In this document: positions 41,551 to 49,032 of the stretch, in pieces
Position numbering within the stretch: position 1 is the stretch's first letter
Layout: each line of letters starts with the position of its first letter
The notes under the pieces: generated by a model
The model's database searches: none
The model's input: the letters and a program-made list of their open reading frames with translations, nothing else
Told to the model about the DNA's origin: nothing
NCBI GenBank assembly: GCA_963850555.1
Contig: CAWKLT010000004.1
Coordinates: 114,081 to 178,080 of the forward strand
Source: an uncultured Chloroflexia bacterium
Lineage (GTDB): Bacteria > Chloroflexota > Limnocylindria > Limnocylindrales > CSP1-4
DNA: 64,000 bases
Direction: 5' to 3'
Made by a program: the position numbers and the translations under genes

Positions 41551-41955
41551 TCAGGATCGGGGGATGGGCCGCATCGGGTAGACGCCCACGACGACCGGCG
41601 TCCGTGGATCGAGCGACAGCTCGTAGCCGATCTCGCCGCCGCGTAGCAATTCGCCCAGGAGCGAGCCTTCCCGCGATGGCAGGCCGACGTACACGTTGCC
41701 CTGCTCGATGGAGACCTGGGTGACGTCGTCGTCGTCGCCGTCGATCGCGAAGCGGCGTCGCAGCTCGTGCATCGGCACATAGGGGCGGCTCTTGATGAAG
41801 CGCCGGAGCTGTGGCGCGGTACAGCCGTTCGAGCGCTCCTGGCCGTTGGGCCCACCGGGACCGTGCCCGTTGGTCGGCCCGGGACCGTGGCCGTTGGGGC
41901 GGCCGTTCGCGCCGGCGGGCGGCGGTGCCGATCGGTCCCGTCCCATGCTTGCCAT
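41551..41955 (-). CDS. Hypothetical protein: Gly/Pro/Asn-rich N-terminus plus a conserved-looking ~90-aa C-terminal domain
   Basis: 134 aa: ...NGRPNGHGPGPTNGHGPGGPNG...CTAPQLRRFIKSRPYVPMHELRRRFAIDGDDDDVTQVSIEQGNVYVGLPSREGSLLGELLRGGEIGYELSLDPRTPVVVGVYPMRP. It ends 63 nt upstream of crp on the same strand. The start is uncertain (the frame is open upstream to ~42100). Confidence 0.55.
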   Translation of the reverse strand: MASMGRDRSAPPPAGANGRPNGHGPGPTNGHGPGGPNGQERSNGCTAPQLRRFIKSRPYVPMHELRRRFAIDGDDDDVTQVSIEQGNVYVGLPSREGSLLGELLRGGEIGYELSLDPRTPVVVGVYPMRPIPRS

Positions 41956-42021
41956 CCGCGGTTGTCCGCCCGGCGCGGCGGGCGGTGGGAGGGCCGTCTG
42001 CGCGCTGGCCGCGGCCTCGGG

Positions 42022-42049
42022 TCGCAGGTCCGCGATCGCAGGTCCGCGG
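42022..42049. repeat. 14-nt tandem duplication in the untranslated gap
   Basis: TCGCAGGTCCGCGA / TCGCAGGTCCGCGG, adjacent copies. Confidence 0.6.
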
Positions 42050-42414
42050 GTCGCGCGTGCGCGGATCGCGGCGGGGCGTCGTCGGGTGACGTTCGTGGTC
42101 CTGCCTCAGCGGACGCATCGACGGGCGGCGGTGGCGCTCCGTTCGAGGTGTCGACGGGCGCGGGCGGCACGGCAGGACCGGTCCCCGGCGCATGGCGCGC
42201 GGGGTCATGACGGTACCGGCCGCCCCCGTGCGATCGGCCGTGGTGGCGTCGACTCATCGGTCGGCGCACCCGGGATGGGCATCCCGGGCGAGTAGCTCGG
42301 CGACGGTGACGTCGCCGTAGGTTGGTGGGCATCGGATCTCAGGTGCTGGGCGGGCCGCTTGGATACGGCACTGCCCCGATGATACCGCACGAGCCCGCCG
42401 CTGCCGTCGTACGG

Positions 42415-43939
42415 TCAGCCCTCGACGATGTACAGCTCGCGAGGCGCCTCGTTGAGCACGATCGGCCCATCCTCGCCGCAGACGACGATGTCCTCGATGC
42501 GGGCACCGTATTCGCCCGGGAAGTAGATGCCCGGCTCCACGCTGAAGGCCATGCCGGGTCGCAGGGGCAGGTCGTTGCCGGCGACGAGGTACGGATCCTC
42601 GTGCCCCTCCAGGCCGATGCCGTGCCCGGTCCGATGGAAGAAGGCCTCGCCGTAGCCCTCGGCCTCGATCCGGGTGCGCGCCGCGGCGTCCACGGCGGCA
42701 CAGGCGATCCCCGATCGAGCGGCACGCGTGGCCGCCTCCTGGGCGCCGTGGAGGACCGAGAACAGGTGGCGGAATCGCTCGTCCGGGCCCTTGTCCGGGT
42801 CGCCGCCGGTCACCCACAACGTCCGGGTGATGTCCGAGCCGTAGCCGCCCAGCGTGCCGCCGATATCGAGCACGATCGGCTCACCCGCCTCGATGACCCG
42901 CTCCGATGCCTCGTGGTGCGGCGAGGCCGAGTTCGGGCCGGAGCCCACGATCGCGAAATGGGCCTCCTCGTGGCCTTCGGCGACGAGTCGCTCGCGGACC
43001 TCCCGCGCAACGTCGGCCTCCGTTCGTCCGATCAGCCGCCCGCTCGCGATCTGGCCGACCACGCGGTCGGCCGCCTGCGCGGCGAGCCGCAGGAGCGCGA
43101 TCTCGTCGGCGTCCTTGATCATGCGCAGCTCGCGCAGGACGGACGACGCCGAGTCGTAGGTCGCCGTCGTGGCGATGGCGGCCTGGAGCCGGAGGACGTG
43201 GAGCGCGATCATCGTGTCCGATAGGCCGATCCGCACTGACGGCCGCTGCGTGGCGTCGACGACCTCGGCCACCATCGCGTACGGATCGTCCGTCTCGTCC
43301 CAGGTCCGGATGTCGATCGCCGTCCGCAGGCCGGATTCCGCGGCGCCGCGCTCCAACCGCGGGACGACGATGAACGGGTCCTGACCGCTGACCAGCACGA
43401 GCACGGTCAGCCGTTCCAGCGGCATCGCCTCGTACCCGGTCAGATAGCGCAGGTCCGAGCCTACGCCGATGAGTAGCGCGTCCAGGCCGGAGGCCGCGGT
43501 TCCCGCGGCTGCGCGCTCCAGCCGCTCCGCGAAGCGCGTGCCCGGGATGAGCGGGCGAGCGGCCAGCGTCATGCCTCCGATCTCGGCCGGCCGCGCGAGC
43601 CACGCCGCGATCGTTGCCGGCCCGTCTTCGAACAGCTTTCGGTAGGCGTAGACCCGATCGGCGCCCGCGGTCAGGGCCCGTTTGCGGAGCTCGTGATCGT
43701 CGTGCTGCCCTACGGCGAGCACGCGGACCGCCGGCGGTGCGCGCCCGTTCGATCGCCGTCACGCCGTCGTACGCGAGCGCGGTCAGGTCGACGATCGCGG
43801 CATCGCTCCCCGGCAGGGCTGCCTCGAATCGCTCCAGCGAGGCCACGCGCACCGGCTCCGCGCCGGCCGCCTCGACCGCCCGGGCCAGGCGGTCCGCCCA
43901 GATGAGGTCCTGGGCGAGGACGACCACCCGGGCCGTCAC
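42415..43939 (-). pseudogene. REC-like (receiver-fold) domain continuous with an M24 Xaa-Pro peptidase, frame broken near 43727-43736. The M24 part alone is 42415..43572.
   Basis: From ATG 43939: MTARVVVLAQDLIWADRLARAVEAAGAEPVRVASLERFEAALPGSDAAIVDLTALAYDGVTAIERARTAG. After removing one G this continues VRVLAVGQHDDHELRKRALTAGADRVYAYRKLF...AEIGG and runs without a stop into MTLAARPLIPG... The M24 region includes DIGGTLGGYGSDITRT, HRTGHGIGLEGHE and FSVEPGIY. Length is 1525 nt = 3n+1. Confidence 0.75.
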
Positions 43940-44514
43940 GACGAGGCGCGGTCCATCGAGGACGCCAGGTGGTGGAACACGTCACGCGCGGTGACGACGC
44001 CGGTCGGGCGACCGTCCTCCACGATCGGGATGTGGCGGAATCCCCCGACGGCCATCTTGTGGATGGCCACCGCGATCGGGTCGTCATGGCGGAGGACGAC
44101 GGGATCCGGGGTCATGAAATCGCGGACGTGGAATGACTCCAGCCGCTTGCCGGCGGCCTTCACCACGGCGTCACGGTCGGTGAAGATGCCGACCAGGCGA
44201 TCGTCCGTCATGACGAGGACGCAGTCGGTCTCGGCTTCGTGCATCCGCGCGATCGCCACGTCGAGCGGCGTGTCGGGCGTGACCGTGATCGGCGGCGGTG
44301 CGCCCAGCCGATCGAGGTGCTCGCCCATGAGCTCGCCCTTGAACGCGGGCGCCTGCCCGGGGGTGTCGTGGCCGAAGATGTCCGCCCCGCAGTTGTCGCA
44401 GATATCGGCGCCGATCAGGTTCTCGTAGCCGCACGACGGGCAGCGCATGCCGTCGCCGCCGGCTTCCTGCCCCGCGACGATGCCGTCGGCGCCGCCGTCT
44501 ACTCGACTGTCCAT
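43936..44514 (-). CDS. Zinc-ribbon plus CBS-pair protein
   Basis: 192 aa: MRCPSCGYENLIGADICDNCGADI (CxxC...CxxC), then two CBS motifs (...VLVMTDDRLVGIFTDRD...; ...HIPIVEDGRPTGVVTARD...). The start overlaps the korB 3' end. ATGA-type overlap with the next gene. Confidence 0.8.
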   Translation of the reverse strand: MDSRVDGGADGIVAGQEAGGDGMRCPSCGYENLIGADICDNCGADIFGHDTPGQAPAFKGELMGEHLDRLGAPPPITVTPDTPLDVAIARMHEAETDCVLVMTDDRLVGIFTDRDAVVKAAGKRLESFHVRDFMTPDPVVLRHDDPIAVAIHKMAVGGFRHIPIVEDGRPTGVVTARDVFHHLASSMDRASS

Positions 44515-45578
44515 GTCTCTCCACCGGCCAGGACGCGCTCGAGGTCACCGGGCCCTGACCGCGCGATCGCCGCCGACACCTGATCTTCGAGCAGGCGGTC
44601 ATGCGTCGGCCGGGTCGTTGCGCGCAGGACGCCGACCGGGACCGGGAAGTCAGGCCAGAACATGCGCGAGAGGACGAGGGCGAGGTACGGGTCTTCGGCG
44701 GTCTCGTCGTGGACCAGCAGGTCGGCCTCCGTGACGCCGTTCTCTCCGATCGTCACGACCTCGGGCTTGAGGCCGTTGAGCCGGATGCCCTTGTCGCGAT
44801 CCTTGCCGAAGATCATCGGCTTGCCGTGCTCGAGCACCAGCATCCGGTCCTCGCGGACCTCGCGGTCGGTGAAGTCGCGCCACGCACCGTCGTTGAAGAT
44901 GTTGCAGTTCTGGAGGACCTCGATGAACGAGGATCCCTTGTGGCGACCGCCGCGTTCGAGCGTCCGCTGCAGATGCTCGGTGTGCGTGTCGACCGTGCGA
45001 GCCACGAACGAGGCCTCGGCCGCGAGCGCGATCGTGAGCGGGATGATCGGCGTGTCGATCGAGCCGACCGGGGTCGACTTCGTCTTCTTCCCGAACTCGG
45101 ACGTCGGTGAGGCCTGGCCCTTGGTCAGCCCGTAGATGCGGTTGTTGAACATCACCATGTTGATGTCGACGTTGCGCCGCATCGAGTGGATGACGTGGTT
45201 GCCGCCGATGCTGAGGGCATCGCCGTCACCGGTGATGACCCAGACCATCAGGTCCGGGCGCGCGGCCTTCAGCCCGGTTGCCAGCGTCGGGGCGCGGCCG
45301 TGGATCGTGTGGAAGCCGTACGTGTTCATGTAGTACGGCAGGCGCCCCGAGCAGCCGATGCCGCTGATGAAGACGATGTCCTCCCGCTTGTACCCGAAGT
45401 CGGGCATGACCTTCTGGGTCTGGGCGAGGATCGAGTAGTCCCCGCAGCCCGGGCACCAGCGGACCTCCTGGTCGGACACGAAGTCCTTGCGCGTGAGCGC
45501 GATGACCTGGGCGTTCTCCGCGCTCAGGGCGGGCTGCGGCGGGACGGGCGCGGCGGCGTCGGTGGCGTCGGTGGTCAT
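44499..45578 (-). CDS. korB: 2-oxoacid:ferredoxin oxidoreductase beta subunit (ThDP-binding)
   Basis: 359 aa: WCPGCGDYSIL...GIGCSGRLPYYMNTYGFHTIHGRA...TGDGDALSIGGNH. Confidence 0.9.
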   Translation of the reverse strand: MTTDATDAAAPVPPQPALSAENAQVIALTRKDFVSDQEVRWCPGCGDYSILAQTQKVMPDFGYKREDIVFISGIGCSGRLPYYMNTYGFHTIHGRAPTLATGLKAARPDLMVWVITGDGDALSIGGNHVIHSMRRNVDINMVMFNNRIYGLTKGQASPTSEFGKKTKSTPVGSIDTPIIPLTIALAAEASFVARTVDTHTEHLQRTLERGGRHKGSSFIEVLQNCNIFNDGAWRDFTDREVREDRMLVLEHGKPMIFGKDRDKGIRLNGLKPEVVTIGENGVTEADLLVHDETAEDPYLALVLSRMFWPDFPVPVGVLRATTRPTHDRLLEDQVSAAIARSGPGDLERVLAGGETWTVE

Positions 45579-47440
45579 ATGGGTTGGTTCTCCGCGAGCA
45601 CTCGCTCGGCCTCTTCGACGATCTCGGCGATGCGGAACGGCTTGCCACGAACGCGGTCGTAGCCGACGGCATCGATCAGGTACTTCGCCCGGACGAGCAA
45701 CAGGAGCTGGCCCAGGTTGACCTCCGGGATGAGGACCCGGCGGTAGTTGCGCAGCACCGCCTCGGTGTTGGCCGGGAACGGGTTGAGGTGGCGCAGGTGC
45801 GCGTGTGCGACCGACCGGCCCTCCGCCTGCAGGCGCTCGGCCGCCGAGCGGATCGCGCCGTAGGTCGAGCCCCAGCCGAGCATCAGCAGCTCACCGCTTT
45901 CCGGTCCCATGACCTCGAGCGGGGCGATGTCGCTGGCGATGCCCGCGACCTTCTGCTGGCGCAGCATCTGCATCTTGTGGTGGTTGTCCGGGTCGTAGCT
46001 GACGTTGCCGGTGCCGTCCGCCTTCTCGAGACCGCCGATGCGGTGCTCGAGGCCGGCCGTGCCCGGCACGGCCCACGGTCGCGCGAGCGTCTCGGGATCG
46101 CGCAGGTACGGCTGGAAGATCCCGCCATCGGCGGCCGCGTTCGGGACCGCGATGCTCTGGAGCGACGCGAGGTCCGGGATCGGCCAGGGCTCGGAGCCGG
46201 TCGCGAGGAACGCATCGGAGAGGTAGACGACCGGGGTCATGTACTTGAGCGCGATGCGGGCGGCCTCGATCGCGAGATCGAAGCATTCGCCCGGCGTCGC
46301 CGGCGCGACGATCGGGATGGGCGAGTCGGAGTTGCGCCCGAACATCACCTGCAGCAGGTCGGCCTGCTCGTTCTTCGTCGGCATCCCGGTGGACGGGCCG
46401 GCGCGCTGGACATCGATGACGACGAGCGGCAGCTCCACCATGACCGCGAGGCCCATCGCCTCCGTCTTGAGCGCGATGCCGGGGCCGGACGAGGCGGTCA
46501 GCCCGAGCGCGCCGCCGTAGCTCGCCCCGATCGCGGCCCCGATCGCGGCGATCTCGTCCTCTGCCTGGAACGTCTTTACCCCGAAGGTCTTGTATCCGGA
46601 GAGCTGGTGCAGGATGTCGCTCGCCGGCGTGATCGGGTACGAGCCGTAGAACAGCGGGCGGTCGGCGAGCCTGCTCGCGGTGAGGAAGCCCAGCGCGGTC
46701 GCCTCGTTGCCCGTGATGTTGCGGTAGGTCCCGGGCGCAAGCTTGGCCGGCCGGACGCGGTAGTGCGTGTGGAACATCTCGGTCGTCTCGCCGAACGCGT
46801 AGCCGGCGCGCAGGGCACGCTTGTTGGCCTCGGCGACGACCGGGCGGGCGGAGAACTTGGAGTCGATCCACCCGAGCGTCGGGTCCATGCTTCGCTCGTA
46901 CAGCCAGAACATGATCCCGAGCGCGAAGAAGTTCTTCGTCAGGTCCTTCTGCTTGGTCGTCATGTCGAGCCCGTCGAGCGAGCGCTCGTTGAGCGACGAG
47001 ATCGGGATCTCGAAGGTCGTGTACGCCTTCAGCGAGCCATCTGTGAGTGGGTTCGCCGCGTAGGCCGCCTTGTTGAGGTTGGCCTGCGTGAACGCGTCGC
47101 TGTTGACGATGAGCGCGCCGCCCGCCGGCAGGTCGCCGATGTTCGTCTTGAGCGCCGCCGGATTCATGGCCACGAGGACGTCGGGCGCATCGCCCGGGGT
47201 GTGGATCTCGGTCGAGCTGAAGCTGATCTGGAACCCGCTGACGCCGGGCAAGGAGCCCGCCGGCGCGCGGATCTCGGCCGGGAAATCGGGGAGCGTGCTG
47301 ATGTCGTTGCCGAAGACCGCGGCGGTCCGGGTGAACTGGGTCCCGGTCAACTGCATCCCGTCGCCGGAATCGCCGGCGAAGCGGATCGTGACCCGCTCGA
47401 GCTCCTGGGTCGGGAGCTCCGGCTCCCTCGTGATCGTCAC
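45575..47440 (-). CDS. korA: 2-oxoacid:ferredoxin oxidoreductase alpha subunit
   Basis: From GTG 47440 (GTGA overlap with the upstream CBS gene stop): VTITREPELPTQELERVTIRFAGDSGDGMQLTGTQFT...YPITPASDILH...; 621 aa. The remainder of ORF 45575..48175 is non-coding read-through. Confidence 0.9.
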   Translation of the reverse strand: MTITREPELPTQELERVTIRFAGDSGDGMQLTGTQFTRTAAVFGNDISTLPDFPAEIRAPAGSLPGVSGFQISFSSTEIHTPGDAPDVLVAMNPAALKTNIGDLPAGGALIVNSDAFTQANLNKAAYAANPLTDGSLKAYTTFEIPISSLNERSLDGLDMTTKQKDLTKNFFALGIMFWLYERSMDPTLGWIDSKFSARPVVAEANKRALRAGYAFGETTEMFHTHYRVRPAKLAPGTYRNITGNEATALGFLTASRLADRPLFYGSYPITPASDILHQLSGYKTFGVKTFQAEDEIAAIGAAIGASYGGALGLTASSGPGIALKTEAMGLAVMVELPLVVIDVQRAGPSTGMPTKNEQADLLQVMFGRNSDSPIPIVAPATPGECFDLAIEAARIALKYMTPVVYLSDAFLATGSEPWPIPDLASLQSIAVPNAAADGGIFQPYLRDPETLARPWAVPGTAGLEHRIGGLEKADGTGNVSYDPDNHHKMQMLRQQKVAGIASDIAPLEVMGPESGELLMLGWGSTYGAIRSAAERLQAEGRSVAHAHLRHLNPFPANTEAVLRNYRRVLIPEVNLGQLLLLVRAKYLIDAVGYDRVRGKPFRIAEIVEEAERVLAENQPI

Positions 47441-47937
47441 GCCCCTTCCGGCTCCTTCATGCGCTGATGCGGCCGCGGCGGCAGGTTCAGCAGCTCCTCG
47501 GGGAAGGACTCGGCCAGGTACTTGATGATGTCGTTCTGGCGAACCACCCCGACGAGGTGACCCGTGCCATCGACGAGCGGGATGTTGCGGTACTGCCCGG
47601 TCTGCATGAGCTCGAGCGCGTCGCGGATCGTCTGGTCCAGGTCGAGCGTGCGTGGCTCGGTGGTCATCAGCGACTCGACCGGCTGGTGGAGGTCGACGTG
47701 GCCACCGACGATGCGCCCGAAGACGTCGCGCTCCGTCAGCACGCCGCGCAGGCGCCCGTCGTTGTCGCACACGAAGACCGAATCGCCGGTCCCGGTCCGC
47801 TGGATGGCGCGCAGGCAATCGGCGAGGCTCGTGCCCGGCGGAACGGTCACCGGGTGGCGGCGGCTGAGGACGCGCAGTCGCTCGTCGGTCAGGGATGGGA
47901 CGCGACTGGCGACCACGCCTTCGGAGAGGTCGGTCAC
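47437..47937 (-). CDS. CBS-pair domain protein, first gene of the kor operon
   Basis: ...HPVTVPPGTSLADCLRAIQRTGTGDSVFVCDNDGRLRGVLTERDV...TEPRTLDLDQTIRDALELMQTGQYRNIPLVDGTGHLVGVVRQNDI. Start uncertain (GTG 47937, ATG 47997 or 48021). Confidence 0.75.
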   Translation of the reverse strand: MTDLSEGVVASRVPSLTDERLRVLSRRHPVTVPPGTSLADCLRAIQRTGTGDSVFVCDNDGRLRGVLTERDVFGRIVGGHVDLHQPVESLMTTEPRTLDLDQTIRDALELMQTGQYRNIPLVDGTGHLVGVVRQNDIIKYLAESFPEELLNLPPRPHQRMKEPEGA

Positions 47938-47995
47938 GCTCGAAGTGTAGTCCGTCCCTGCGCACGATGGTTGCGCGCTGGTAGCCTCGCGGCGC

Positions 47996-48984
47996 ATGGA
48001 TCGACGGTCGGCCGTGGGCATCGGCCTGGTGGTGATCTCGGCGGCCGGCTACGGATCGGGCTCGATCCTTGCCGCGCCGATCTACTCGACCGGGGTCGAC
48101 TGGCTGACGCTCGTGAGCTGGCGGTTCCTGGTCGGGGCCGTGCTCGGCTGGCTGTGGGTCCTGGCCTCGTCGCATCGGAGGGCGGCCCTGCGCCGGCTGG
48201 GCCGCCGCCAGCTCGCGGTGGCGCTGGCGTCTGGGTGCGCTGTTCGTGGGGAACTCCGGGACCTACTACGCGAGCCTCGAGACGGTCCCCGCGGCGTTGG
48301 CGGGCGTCATCGTCTACACCTATCCCGTCATGGTCGCGGTCCTGTCGCTGCGCTTCGCGACCCGCCTGCCGGGCAAGCGCCCGTGGATCGCGGCCGGGCT
48401 CGCGGTCGCCGGGTCGGCGCTCGCGCTGGGCGGCATCGACGTCGCCGAGGCGCCACCGGTCAGCGGGCTCCTGCTCGTGTTCGCCTCGGCCATGATCTAC
48501 TCGGTCTGGATCATCCTCTCGGCGCGCCTGTCGGGCGAGCGCCGCGACCGCCTGGGAAGCGAGTCGACCGCGGATGGGTCGCCGGCCGGCGATGCCGCCG
48601 TGACGACGACGCTTGATGATGAGCGCCACCGCGGTCGTCTACGCCGCGGGCGGGTTCGTGGCGGGCCGGCCGCTGGATCCGACGACCGTGCCCCAGAGCG
48701 CGTGGCCGGCGATCCTGGCCGTCGCGTTCGTGGCGTCGTTCCTGGCGATCCAGACGTTCTACGCCGGAGCCCGGCGGATCGGTGCGGCCAGGGCGGCGCT
48801 GACCGCGACCGTCGAGCCGTTGATCATCGTCGTGCTGGCGTGGATCTTCCTCGACCAGATGCTGGCACCGATCCAGCTCGTCGGGGCGGGCCTGATCCTC
48901 GTCGCGGTCGTCGTCGCGCAGACGGCCCCGCGCCCGAGCGGGGCGCCGGAACCGGCCACGCCCCTGGAAGCCGAGGTCGGCTGA
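47996..48984 (+). pseudogene. EamA/DMT-family transporter, two frame breaks (~48228-48231 and ~48609-48613)
   Basis: Three consecutive frames carry one 10-TM protein: MDRRSAVGIGLVVISAAGYGSGSI...RRQLAVALA | LGALFVGNSGTYYASLETVPAALAGVIVYTYP...GDAAVTTT | LMMSATAVVYAAGG...TFYAGARRIGAARAALTATVEPL... Length is 989 nt = 3n+2. Confidence 0.8.
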
Positions 48985-49032
48985 TCGGGGTCGGCTGACC
49001 GGGCTGTGGCGGCTGCCCGGCCGCCAGGGCGC

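Noticed and set aside
41841-41905. Repeated DNA CCGTTGGGCCCACCGGGACCGTGCCCGTTGGTCGGCCCGGGACCGTGGCCGTTGGGG.
   Set aside because: It is simply the coding repeat for the NGHGPGP/TNGHGPGGPNG low-complexity N-terminus of the 134-aa protein, not an independent repeat element.
47995-47998. Divergent ATGs sharing the palindrome CATG (minus-strand ATG 47997 for the CBS gene, plus-strand ATG 47996 for EamA).
   Set aside because: Two genes starting back-to-back with a 2-nt overlap would leave no promoter space. The CBS gene more likely starts at GTG 47937. Noted only as start-site uncertainty.
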